DNA from: an uncultured Candidatus Saccharibacteria bacterium
GTDB lineage: Bacteria > Patescibacteriota > Doudnabacteria > UBA920
Assembly (NCBI GenBank): GCA_964561365.1
Contig: CAZLPF010000001.1
Location: 14,581-78,580 of the forward strand
Direction: 5' to 3'
DNA: 64,000 bases
This document shows, in pieces, positions 1 to 8,416 of the stretch (positions are counted from its first letter, which is position 1; the number at the start of each line of letters is the position of its first letter). The position numbers and the translations under genes were made by a program. Under the pieces are notes generated by a model. It searched no databases and was not told the DNA's origin. It was given only the letters and a program-made list of their open reading frames with translations.

Positions 1-58
1 GGATGTGTCTCCGGACGCGAGTTTTTAGCCCGCAACATTTCCGAAGAAATATCGAGCT

Positions 59-87
59 ATTGTACAAGAAAAAAAGAAAACCGTCAA
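59..87 (-). promoter_or_regulatory. sigma70-type promoter reading out of the left window edge
   Basis: Minus strand TTGACG (87-82), 17-nt spacer, TACAAT (64-59). Confidence 0.7.
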
Positions 88-126
88 GTTTGACGATTAT
101 TAATTTCTGACAAATTTAAGCGCTTT

Positions 127-882
127 TTAGGTCAAAACCCGGCAGCCTCTGTCGGTTACGGCAATTGTGTGCTCAAAATGGGCAGAAAGACCGCGGTCTT
201 TGGTCCTAACGGTCCATCCGTCCTTTTCAAAATTGAGGAAGAAATCGCCGGCGCAGAGCATGGGTTCAATGGCTAGGACCATGCCGGTTTTGAGGACCAG
301 CCCGCTCCCCGCCTTGCCGTAGCACGGCACCGAGGGTTCTTCGTGGACCTCGTATCCCACGCCGTGGCCAACCAGGTCGCGCACCACCGAAAAACCGGCG
401 CGTTCGGCCGTGGACTGGATGGCGTGGGAAATGTCGCCGATGCGGGCGCCGGCCCGCACGCTCTTGATGGCTTCCCTCAGGCAGCGCTCCGTGGTTTCAA
501 TGAGCTTTATGGCCTTTGCGTCTACCGTGCCGACCGGCACCGTGATGGCCGTGTCGGTGTAACGCTTCTTGTACTCCATGCCAATGTCGAGGCCGACAAT
601 GTCGCCGTCTTTCAGTCGGTAGCCGGACGGAATGCCGTGGACGACCACGTCGTTGACCGACGTGCAGAGCCCGGCCGGGAACGGGTTGCCCTTCGGGCCG
701 TAGCCCTTGAAGCTCGGGCGGCCCTTCGCTTTCTTTATTTCCGCTTCGGCGTATGCGTTCAGCTCGGCCGTGGTTACGCCGGGCTTCACGAGCGCGGCGG
801 CTCCACGCAAAATAGCGCCGAGCAGCTTCCCGCCCTCGGCAATGGCTTCTATATCGGCGTCGGTTTTTATGAGCCCGTTCAC
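127..882 (-). CDS. map: Type I methionine aminopeptidase
   Basis: Motifs SVNDVVVHGIP, LDIG, TDTAIT, GHGVG..HEEP, AIEPM, SAHFEHT. Confidence 0.97.
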   Translation of the reverse strand: MNGLIKTDADIEAIAEGGKLLGAILRGAAALVKPGVTTAELNAYAEAEIKKAKGRPSFKGYGPKGNPFPAGLCTSVNDVVVHGIPSGYRLKDGDIVGLDIGMEYKKRYTDTAITVPVGTVDAKAIKLIETTERCLREAIKSVRAGARIGDISHAIQSTAERAGFSVVRDLVGHGVGYEVHEEPSVPCYGKAGSGLVLKTGMVLAIEPMLCAGDFFLNFEKDGWTVRTKDRGLSAHFEHTIAVTDRGCRVLT

Positions 883-1490
883 TCGAATTTCTTTACGAAC
901 TCTTTAATCTTCCACCAGACCTCGGCGCGCGAGCCGAGACCTGAAATGCGCCGGTAGGGGTAGCGCTTCTCGAAGTAGTCCACGACCTGGCTGATGTTCT
1001 TGCGGTAGTACTGAACGCGGTTTTTGAGCGCCGACGCGTTGTCGTCCGCTCGCTTGCTGAACTTGCCGCGGTGATACTCTTTGCGGCCCGTCATGCGCTT
1101 GACCGTTTCCGCCATGGGGATGGACAGGTAGACCATGACCACGCGCTCCCGGCCGGCGGCCTTCATCCACTTGTGCACGAGGCGCGCTTCGCCGATCATT
1201 TTCGGGTTGCCGTCGAACAGGATGCCGAGGTTTCCCGGGGTGCGGGCGATGCGCTCCTGGTGAATGGCGCGGACGAGCTGGGTCGGCGTGAGTTTGCCGG
1301 CGTCGAGCGTCTTGTCGAGCTTGAAGCGCTTCCTGACCGCCGGGCTCTGAATGCTCCGCAGCTCCTTGCCCATGTCGAGGTCGTAGAGCGGCCAGCGCTT
1401 CGTGAGGTGGGCGGCCTGGGTGGCCTTGCCCGCGGCGGGATCGCCGAGGAGGATAACGTTGAGCGGTTGGCGCTTTGCGGCTGGCGACAT
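879..1490 (-). CDS. Divergent adenylate kinase-family NMP kinase
   Basis: P-loop GDPAAGKATQA, DMGKELR, ILFDGNPK, RADDN; stop overlaps map start. Confidence 0.85.
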   Translation of the reverse strand: MSPAAKRQPLNVILLGDPAAGKATQAAHLTKRWPLYDLDMGKELRSIQSPAVRKRFKLDKTLDAGKLTPTQLVRAIHQERIARTPGNLGILFDGNPKMIGEARLVHKWMKAAGRERVVMVYLSIPMAETVKRMTGRKEYHRGKFSKRADDNASALKNRVQYYRKNISQVVDYFEKRYPYRRISGLGSRAEVWWKIKEFVKKFE

Positions 1491-1501
1491 GGGTCGTGGG
1501 C

Positions 1502-2077
1502 TTAGGCGACGCCGAGGGCGCCGTTGATGCGGGCCGTAACTTCCGGAATGCTGCCGAGGCCCTTGACCGAGACAAAGCTCGTGCAGGTTTTGAGGTAGTC
1601 GAGGACCGGCACCGTGGCTTCCTCGTACTGCTTGAGGCGGAACTCAATTTTCTCCCGCGTGTCGTCGACCCGCCCCTCTTTCGCCGCGCGCTCGGTGAGC
1701 CGCGCGACGGACTCTTCCCGCGGCACGTCGAGGAACAGCGTGGTAAAACTGGCGCGGCCCTGGCCCTTCAGGAACTGCATGAGCCACTCGGCCTGGCCCA
1801 GGCGCCTCGGCACGCCGTCGAAGATGATTCCCTGCTCGGGCCGTATGTCCGCGAGCTTCGTTTCCACCACCTTGAGCAGCACGTCGTCGGGCAGGAGCAC
1901 GCCGTTCTCTATCATGTCCTTCACCTGGCGGCCGAGCGGCGTGCCGAGCGTCGCGGTCTCGCGGCAAATGGCGCCGGTGTCCCAAGAAAAAAAGCCCAAG
2001 CGTGCGGCGAGCAGCTTGCCCTGGGTGCCCTTGCCCGACCCCTGCGGGCCGATAATAAAAATAGTGTTCAGCGACAT
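1502..2077 (-). CDS. adk: Adenylate kinase (short-LID type)
   Basis: GPQGSGKGTQ, DTGAICRE, DGVPRRLGQA, GRVDD; start moved to ATG 2077 (MSLNTIFIIG). Confidence 0.9.
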   Translation of the reverse strand: MSLNTIFIIGPQGSGKGTQGKLLAARLGFFSWDTGAICRETATLGTPLGRQVKDMIENGVLLPDDVLLKVVETKLADIRPEQGIIFDGVPRRLGQAEWLMQFLKGQGRASFTTLFLDVPREESVARLTERAAKEGRVDDTREKIEFRLKQYEEATVPVLDYLKTCTSFVSVKGLGSIPEVTARINGALGVA

Positions 2078-2129
2078 TTCTGGGCGTAGTCTAGCCCATA
2101 ATGCCGCTGAACACAAGCGGTTTTCCTCG

Positions 2130-2546
2130 CTATGGTTGCGCCTCGCGTCGTGAAAATTCTGCATCGATGGCGGCGTACAAATCGGCCGCCTTAATCGGTT
2201 TCGGCACGAAGATATCACCGTACCTCTGGCACGGCTGAACCTCGGGGTCTCCGCTGATGCCGACGATAACGATCTCCGGGTGGCGCGCGCGGAGGGCCGC
2301 CGCTATCTCGGCGCCAGCCGCGCAGTCGTGCGCGTTGCCGGAATCTGCCAGGTTGCCGTCGAGCAAGCAAACCGTAATGCCGGCCCGCCCGACATCCCCG
2401 CTTTCGATGAGCCCCAGCGCTTCGTCGCGCCGGGCTGTTTCGAGCGCGACCGTGTGGCCCCGCTTCTCCGCAACCCCGCGTTGGCCCTTCGCCACCACCG
2501 CGTTATCTTCCACCAGAAAGATAACGTACCTACGAACTGCTTCCAT
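2130..2546 (-). CDS. Stand-alone response-regulator receiver (CheY-like) protein
   Basis: LVEDN, CLLDGNL (phospho-Asp position), GISG, VPKP; G-rich SD and upstream TTGACA-17-TATCGT. Confidence 0.7.
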   Translation of the reverse strand: MEAVRRYVIFLVEDNAVVAKGQRGVAEKRGHTVALETARRDEALGLIESGDVGRAGITVCLLDGNLADSGNAHDCAAGAEIAAALRARHPEIVIVGISGDPEVQPCQRYGDIFVPKPIKAADLYAAIDAEFSRREAQP

Positions 2547-2661
2547 ACACCCCCCAGTTTTTGATCTTTCAGAACAAACGGACGGTTAACGATAGTAAAA
2601 TTCGAGCACGGTGTCAATGTGCTAGAATTTAAGAAAGGGTCAAAGCGTACAGAAACAAAAC

Positions 2662-4383
2662 GTGGACCACCTCCTGTTCTATGAAATAACGGCCGTCCTG
2701 CTCCTCGCCGGCTGCATCGGGCTCCTGACCGGCATACTCAAGCAGCCGAGCATTATCGCCTACATCCTGACCGGCCTCATCGTGGGGCCCCTCGGCTACA
2801 TCCACCTCCGCTCGCCCGAAGTTTTGAACGTGCTCGGCGAGATCGGCATCACCCTGCTCCTGTTCATGGTCGGCTTAGAGCTCGACATTAGCCGGGTGAA
2901 GCAGCTCGGCAAAGTCGCTATTGCCACCGGGCTCGGCCAGATTGTTTTTACCACGAGCATCGGCTTCGTGCTCGTGAAGCTCCTCGGCTACAGCCTCGTG
3001 GAGTCGCTGTACGTGGCCGTGGCGCTGACGTTCTCTTCTACCATCATCGTGGTTAAGCTCCTCTCGGAGAAGCGCGAGCTCCAGAGCCTCTACGGGCGCA
3101 TCGTGGTGGGCTTCCTCATTGTCCAAGACTTCGTGGCGCTCGGGCTGCTCGTTCTGCTCGGCGCTACCGGCGGCGCCGAGGTGCCGTGGATGGCTGGCCT
3201 GCCCATATGGCAGGTGGTCGTCGTAACGTTCGCCAAGGTCTTGGCGCTGCTGCTCATACTCGCGTTCGTGAGCCGGCACGTGCTCCCCCGCCTGTTCCGG
3301 CACCTGGCGCGCTCGGATGAGCTGCTCCTGGCCTTTTCCCTCGCCTGGGCCCTGGGCCTCGCGGCGTTCACGAGCCTGCCGGCGGTGGGGCTGTCTCTCG
3401 AGATCGGCGGCTTTCTGGCCGGCCTCGCGCTCGCCAACTCCCCCGTCCACCTGGAAATTGCCGGAAAGGTGCGGAGCATCCGGGACTTTTTCATCATCAT
3501 CTTCTTCATCGTTTTCGGTACGCAGCTCGTGTTCACCGGCATTACCGTGGTGCTCGTGCCGGCCATCATCCTCTCGCTGTTCGTGCTCATCGGCAACCCG
3601 GCCATCGTCCTTACCATCATGGGCTGGCTCGGGTACAAGCCCCGCACGAGCTTTTTCGCTTCGGTGACCGTGGCCCAGGTTTCCGAGTTCAGCTTCATTC
3701 TCATGGCGCTCGGTTTCCGGCTCGGGCACATCGGCGGACAGGCCGTGGCGCTCGTGACGCTCGTGGGGATTGTGACCATTGCCTCGTCTTCATACCTCAT
3801 CCTCTACTCGAAGCGCATTTACCGCGCGCTGCAGGAGCCCCTCAAGGCGTTCGACTTCAAGCGGGGCAGCGCGGAAGCCTCGCTGACCGGCGCGGTTATG
3901 AAGGGCCACGTCATTTTGGTCGGGGCGCACCGGCTCGGCGCCCAGCTCGTCTCGAGCCTCTCGCACCTCGGCCGGCAGCTCGTGCTCGTGGACTTCGATC
4001 CCCAGGTCGTTGACCGCTACGCGGCTTCCGGCGCGACCGTGTTCTGCGGCGACATTGCCGACAGCTACACCCAAGAGCAGCTGAACCTGCGCGAGGCCGA
4101 GCTCGTTATTTCCACCATCCCCGACCTCGAGTCCAACATGGAGCTGCTCGCCGCCATTGAGCGCGAGTGCGCCGGCCGGGCTCACCGGCCGAAGGTCGTG
4201 GTCGCGGCCCAGGACGAGCACGAGTCGCGCCGGCTCTACGAGCGGAAAGTGGACTACGTGCTCTCGCCGCACTTCGTGGGCGGCCAGCACCTCGCGCGCA
4301 TCCTCGAGGGCGCGGCCGGAACCAAAGAGCTCCACCGCTTCCGCGCCGAGCACGAGAAGCGCCTCGCCGAGCTGCTGTCGTAA
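2662..4383 (+). CDS. CPA2 (KefB/KefC-like) cation:proton antiporter with C-terminal TrkA-N/RCK domain
   Basis: Many TM segments, EIGITLLLFMVGLEL, FSSTIIVVK, LIVQD, QVSEFSF, C-terminal VILVGAHRLG Rossmann fold. Confidence 0.92.
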   Translation: MDHLLFYEITAVLLLAGCIGLLTGILKQPSIIAYILTGLIVGPLGYIHLRSPEVLNVLGEIGITLLLFMVGLELDISRVKQLGKVAIATGLGQIVFTTSIGFVLVKLLGYSLVESLYVAVALTFSSTIIVVKLLSEKRELQSLYGRIVVGFLIVQDFVALGLLVLLGATGGAEVPWMAGLPIWQVVVVTFAKVLALLLILAFVSRHVLPRLFRHLARSDELLLAFSLAWALGLAAFTSLPAVGLSLEIGGFLAGLALANSPVHLEIAGKVRSIRDFFIIIFFIVFGTQLVFTGITVVLVPAIILSLFVLIGNPAIVLTIMGWLGYKPRTSFFASVTVAQVSEFSFILMALGFRLGHIGGQAVALVTLVGIVTIASSSYLILYSKRIYRALQEPLKAFDFKRGSAEASLTGAVMKGHVILVGAHRLGAQLVSSLSHLGRQLVLVDFDPQVVDRYAASGATVFCGDIADSYTQEQLNLREAELVISTIPDLESNMELLAAIERECAGRAHRPKVVVAAQDEHESRRLYERKVDYVLSPHFVGGQHLARILEGAAGTKELHRFRAEHEKRLAELLS

Positions 4384-4385
4384 AC

Positions 4386-4429
4386 AAAAAAAGCAGCGCG
4401 GACCTCAGGGAAGGTCCGCGCGCTGTTTT
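4386..4429. terminator. Bidirectional intrinsic terminator (strong U-tract on minus strand)
   Basis: A7-GCAGCGCGGACCT...AGGTCCGCGCGCTG-TTTT. Confidence 0.8.
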
Positions 4430-4964
4430 GCGGTGGCGTGTTCGTTACCGGTTGCCTTGGGTCCAAACGCTGCGTGCACGCAGCTTCCCTTCAGGCTGAA
4501 ACTACCCCAGCGGTTCGGCATGGAACGAGATCTCGATCCTCCTTACCCTTACGGTCCCTTACGATCCAGTGACCGCTCATCCGCCCTTTTTTTGGGCGGA
4601 CTGGTCTGGGTTGCTGGTTCGGTCGTCCGACTCGCACAACCCTCTCGGCAGAGAAAAGTACACCCGCTAAGGTGAGTACGGTCTGTTGTTGCACCGTTTT
4701 TACCTTTTCTGACTTTCACGAACGGTTTACGGGCCCTGTAGCACCCTTGCCGCGCCAATACGAACCATGGCGCTTATCACCTAGAACTAAGTCGCTTTCT
4801 GACCACCGTCATACCTCGTTTCAAAAGGTAACAGGTGGCACCATTCCACCGACGTACGGTTCGGTGAGTGCTTCTCCTCGCGGACTTATCCGTTGCCCTT
4901 CCCTTTGCAGGCGTATCCGACCTTCACCTTGAAGAGTCAGACGGAACAACGACGACTTCGCTCT
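4386..4964 (-). ncRNA. Candidate large structured non-coding RNA (~580 nt), family unassigned
   Basis: No credible ORF; bounded by a sigma70 promoter and a terminator; many nested helices with G-U pairs valid only on minus strand; GNRA loops. Confidence 0.65.
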
Positions 4965-4970
4965 GAACGG

Positions 4971-4999
4971 AATTTACACTAGGCTAAAATAAGCGTCAA
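4971..4999 (-). promoter_or_regulatory. sigma70 promoter driving the candidate ncRNA
   Basis: TTGACG (4999-4994), 17-nt spacer, TAAATT (4976-4971). Confidence 0.7.
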
Positions 5000-5019
5000 G
5001 CGCCTTTTCCACTTATTTT

Positions 5020-5028
5020 TGCTACAAT
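5020..5028 (+). promoter_or_regulatory. Extended -10 promoter of cysS (probably leaderless mRNA)
   Basis: TGcTACAAT followed by 6 nt and the ATG. Confidence 0.65.
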
Positions 5029-5034
5029 TCGGCC

Positions 5035-6366
5035 ATGCTGAAACTCTACAATTCGCTGTCCAAGCAGCTCGAGGATTTTACCCCCACCTACCCGGACCAC
5101 GTGAACCTCTACAGCTGCGGGCCCACGGTCTACAACTTCGCGCACATTGGCAACCTCCGCAGCTTCGTGGCCGCGGACGTGCTCTACCGCACCCTGAAGC
5201 TCGCCGGCTACAAGCCCGACTGGGTTATGAACATTACGGACGTAGACGACAAGACCATTCGCGGCACGATTGCCGAGTTCGGTCCCAGCGCCGGGGTTGC
5301 GGAGCTGAAACAGCTCACCGAGCGGTACACCAAGTCTTTTAAAGAAGATTTGCGCGAACTCGGCGTGCTTGTGGACGAAATTCGCTTTTTCAACATTACC
5401 GACTACATACAAGAGATTCAGACTTTTGTCCTCGAGCTCATTGAAAAAGGCTTCGCGTACAAGGCTGACGACAGCAGCACCTACTTCAGCATTGAAAAAT
5501 ACCAGGAGCAATTCCACGACTATGGCGCGCTCGTGGGCGAGAAGTTTTTAGAGGGCAAAAAGATAGGCGCCCGGGTCAACGTGGACGAATACGAGAAGGA
5601 CAACCTCTCTGATTTTGCCCTTTGGAAGGCTCACGACGCGCAGGACGGGAACATTTTTTGGGACCATCCCACTTTGGGCAAGGGTCGTCCGGGCTGGCAC
5701 ATAGAGTGTTCGGTCATAAACAAAGTCGCCTTCAAGGGCGAGACTACGGACATACATACCGGGGGCGTTGACCTGAAGTTCCCCCACCATACGAACGAGA
5801 TAGCCCAGAGCCAGCCCGTCTACAAACCGTTCGTAAGCTATTGGGTCCACAGCGAGCACCTTTTGGTGGACGGCAAAAAAATGTCCAAGTCGCTCGGGAA
5901 CTTTCACACGCTCCACGACCTGAAAGAGCGCTACCAGGGTAAGTCTGAAATCGTCGGTCAAATGCTCCGCTACCTGTTCCTGCAGACCCACTACCGCGCG
6001 CAGGCGAACTTTACGCTCGCGTCGCTTGAGTCAACCGGCGCGGCGATTCAGGGGTTACTGCACCGATCAGCATCCGGTAAACCCGAAAGCACCCCTACCG
6101 ACGCGCTCGGGAATGACCTCAATACCGCAGAGGCTCTTTCCGTTGCGGCTGAAAATCCTTCCGATCTCGGGATAGATGTAGAAAAAATTAGAGCCTTCGA
6201 AACGAGCGAGCTGCCGGGCGACGTTCAGGCACTCACCAATGACAGGGCCGCGGCCCGAACGGCTAAAGATTTTTCTAAGTCCGACGAGCTTCGCAAAAAA
6301 ATCGAATCCCTCGGCTACGAGGTGCTCGACACGGGAACCGGCCAGGAAGTACGTCGAAAACTCTAG
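5035..6366 (+). CDS. cysS: Cysteine--tRNA ligase
   Basis: SCGPTVY, HIGN, NITDVDDK, DFALWK, GRPGWHIECS, DLKFPHH, KMSKS. Confidence 0.97.
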   Translation: MLKLYNSLSKQLEDFTPTYPDHVNLYSCGPTVYNFAHIGNLRSFVAADVLYRTLKLAGYKPDWVMNITDVDDKTIRGTIAEFGPSAGVAELKQLTERYTKSFKEDLRELGVLVDEIRFFNITDYIQEIQTFVLELIEKGFAYKADDSSTYFSIEKYQEQFHDYGALVGEKFLEGKKIGARVNVDEYEKDNLSDFALWKAHDAQDGNIFWDHPTLGKGRPGWHIECSVINKVAFKGETTDIHTGGVDLKFPHHTNEIAQSQPVYKPFVSYWVHSEHLLVDGKKMSKSLGNFHTLHDLKERYQGKSEIVGQMLRYLFLQTHYRAQANFTLASLESTGAAIQGLLHRSASGKPESTPTDALGNDLNTAEALSVAAENPSDLGIDVEKIRAFETSELPGDVQALTNDRAAARTAKDFSKSDELRKKIESLGYEVLDTGTGQEVRRKL

Positions 6367-6376
6367 GTCCAAATGG

Positions 6377-6407
6377 AAAGGCCGCAGCGGGGAGCGCTGC
6401 GGCCTTT
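6377..6407. terminator. Hairpin between convergent genes
   Basis: AAAGGCCGCAGCG-ggga-GCGCTGCGGCCTTT. Confidence 0.7.
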
Positions 6408-6422
6408 GCGTTTCGTGTGGGC

Positions 6423-6698
6423 TCACTTGCCCGGGTTTGCTGCTTGCGAGAGGCTCACTTGAACCTTCGCGAAGACGGTGGGGACTGCTCTGTACCATCC
6501 GGTTGCCATCACGATGACGGCGACTGCGATGATTACCAGGAGCAACTTGCTCCCAATTCCCCTGCCTTCTGCAACGTTGTCAGAACCATCGTTGTAGGTG
6601 CTGCCACAGTCGAGCTTGCGGCGCATGGCCGCGGTCTCAGCTTCTAGATTCGCTAGTCGCTCGAGGACGTTTATTTTTTCGTCCGTTGTGAATGCCAT
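6423..6698 (-). CDS. Small hypothetical protein, coiled N-terminus plus one TM helix
   Basis: ATG with SD AGGGGG; hydrophobic LLLVIIAVAVIVMA; 9 nt downstream of previous ORF. Confidence 0.6.
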   Translation of the reverse strand: MAFTTDEKINVLERLANLEAETAAMRRKLDCGSTYNDGSDNVAEGRGIGSKLLLVIIAVAVIVMATGWYRAVPTVFAKVQVSLSQAANPGK

Positions 6699-6706
6699 TC
6701 GCCCCC

Positions 6707-6883
6707 CTATTTATTGCTAGCTTGCGCCAGCGTGTTGTCCACGGCCCCGATTCTCACGAAGGCCTGGTTGAGTGCTGCTTCGATCGGTGCTTTGATGTTC
6801 TTCTGCATGAACCAGCTCGCGCCGATCCAAAACAGAACCGTCATAAGAACCAACCGCAGGGCCAACGTTAGAGAACTGCTCAT
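6707..6883 (-). CDS. Small hypothetical membrane protein (58 aa)
   Basis: ATG 6883 with GGGAGGT SD; upstream promoter TTGACT-17-TAAAAT (6961-6933). Confidence 0.55.
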   Translation of the reverse strand: MSSSLTLALRLVLMTVLFWIGASWFMQKNIKAPIEAALNQAFVRIGAVDNTLAQASNK

Positions 6884-6975
6884 CGGAACCTCCCGGACGT
6901 ATTCAAAACCACCTTGGTGATTTTGTAAATATATTTTAACATAAATTAGACAATTAGTCAATATAAAAGACATTC

Positions 6976-7002
6976 GAAAACCGCTTTGTTCAAGCGGTTT
7001 TC
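6976..7002 (-). terminator. Intrinsic terminator
   Basis: GAAAACCGCTT-tgttc-AAGCGGTTTTC. Confidence 0.6.
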
Positions 7003-7019
7003 TGCTCTACGGCGAAAGA

Positions 7020-7307
7020 TCAGTGCGTAGTTGTTTCCACGACCACCTTGCCGTCTATTACCACCGTTACCCGGTTTGGGTCGGTCGGGTGGCGGACATC
7101 GATGCGTTCGCTGCCGGCAGATGTTGCCGTGAGCGCGCCGACCACGCTGATGCGGTAGATGAGCTCGTCGTCGTGCTTAGCGGCGCTTCGCGCGGCATCC
7201 GTTGCCAGCACATGGATGCCAAGTACCACGAGGGCGCAGAGCCCGAAGAACGCGATCCACTCGCAGCACCAGCGGCGCAGTGAAACTTTGCCGTCTGAAA
7301 ATACCAT
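7020..7307 (-). CDS. Small hypothetical membrane protein (95 aa)
   Basis: ATG 7307 with GGAGG SD (longer ORF call overlaps dus); one TM segment; terminator follows. Confidence 0.5.
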   Translation of the reverse strand: MVFSDGKVSLRRWCCEWIAFFGLCALVVLGIHVLATDAARSAAKHDDELIYRISVVGALTATSAGSERIDVRHPTDPNRVTVVIDGKVVVETTTH

Positions 7308-7371
7308 TCTGCCCTCCATTGAGCGAAGTGTGCCGGGCAGGTAGAATGCCCAAAGCACCCAAGCGTACCCT

Positions 7372-8343
7372 ATGCCATTTTCTTGGTCAACAATCGAAAA
7401 GCCGCTCGTGGCCCTGGCTCCCATGTCGGGCGTTTCCGACATTGCCATGCGTTCGGTGGCTCGGCGCTGGGGCTCTGACGTTACCTTCTCCGAGTTCATT
7501 TCCACCGACGCGCTCTACTATAAACCCGGCAACCCCAAGTCCCTCCAGCTCGCCGAATTCATAGAGGGCGAGCGACCGTTCATAATCCAAGTGTTCGGGC
7601 CGGAGCCCGAGCACTACGCGAGCGCGGTCAAAGAGCTCGCCGAGCGTTTCAAGCCCGACGGCTTCGACGTGAACTTCGGCTGCCCGGCGCGGAGCGTGGT
7701 CAACAACGGCGCCGGCAGCTGCCTGTTCCTGCAGCCGGACGTGGCGCGCCGGATTATTGAGACCGTGAAAGAGGCGTCCGGGAACCTACCGACGAGCATC
7801 AAGCTCCGGGCGAGCTACAAGCACGTGCCGGCCCTGGATTTTTTGAATGCCATAGCGGGCGCGCCGTTCGAGAACGTCACCGTGCACATGCGCAAGTACG
7901 AGCAGGTCCACTTCGGCGAGCCGAACTGGGACGCGGGGAAGGGCGTAAGCGCGTGGTGCCACGCGCGGAATCTGACCTGCATTGTCAACGGCGGGATCAA
8001 CTCCGCCCAGAAAGCCAAGGACGTTTTGGCCTACACCGGCGCCGACGGGGTCATGGTCGCCCAGGCTTCGCTCGGCAACCCGTTCTTGTTTTCAGAAATC
8101 AAGGCGGCGCTGGGCGGCCAGCCGGTTCCGGTTATATCACCAGAAGATCGTTTGGGTACCGTCCTGGCCCACGCGAGGCTCATGCTCGAGCACAAGGGCG
8201 AGTACGGCTTGGTAGAAATGCGTAAGCACCTGGTCTGGTACTTCAAGGGCTTTCCCGGGGCCGCTGCGGTGCGCCAGCAGCTGACCCGGGTCACCACCCT
8301 GCCCGAGCTCGAGGCCATTTTGGGCTCGATTCCAACGGTTTAG
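7372..8343 (+). CDS. dusB: tRNA-dihydrouridine synthase (DusB-like)
   Basis: LAPMSGVSD, SEF, DVNFGCP, GAGS, VNGGI, ADGVMV, GNPFLF, MRKHLVWYFKG. Confidence 0.9.
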   Translation: MPFSWSTIEKPLVALAPMSGVSDIAMRSVARRWGSDVTFSEFISTDALYYKPGNPKSLQLAEFIEGERPFIIQVFGPEPEHYASAVKELAERFKPDGFDVNFGCPARSVVNNGAGSCLFLQPDVARRIIETVKEASGNLPTSIKLRASYKHVPALDFLNAIAGAPFENVTVHMRKYEQVHFGEPNWDAGKGVSAWCHARNLTCIVNGGINSAQKAKDVLAYTGADGVMVAQASLGNPFLFSEIKAALGGQPVPVISPEDRLGTVLAHARLMLEHKGEYGLVEMRKHLVWYFKGFPGAAAVRQQLTRVTTLPELEAILGSIPTV

Positions 8344-8416
8344 TTATCCCGCCTCTCCCCCGCTTCCACACCGTTGCCCGCCCGCCCAGCGGCGGCTAGA
8401 ATACCTCGGCAAGCCT

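Noticed and set aside
4833-4842. AGGTGGCACC resembling a T-box antiterminator upstream of cysS
   Set aside because: No terminator follows on the + strand, the variable base does not match the tRNA-Cys U73 discriminator, cysS has its own -10 right at the ATG, and G-U pairs favour the minus strand
4852-4864. ACGTACGGTTCGG resembling the 3' half of group II intron domain V
   Set aside because: No matching GAGCCG/AGC 5' arm upstream, no GUGYG start or RT ORF; the segment is explained by a local hairpin
4491-4932. Short ORFs (67-86 aa) in the antiporter-cysS gap
   Set aside because: No SD or family motifs, atypical codon usage and mutual overlaps; better explained as structured RNA
4386-4964. 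RNase P RNA or tmRNA as identity of the intergenic RNA
   Set aside because: No GAGGAAAGUCC or terminal P4 motif, and no tRNA-like GGGG...UUCGA...CCACCA ends on either strand; judged by eye, so an Rfam scan is still needed
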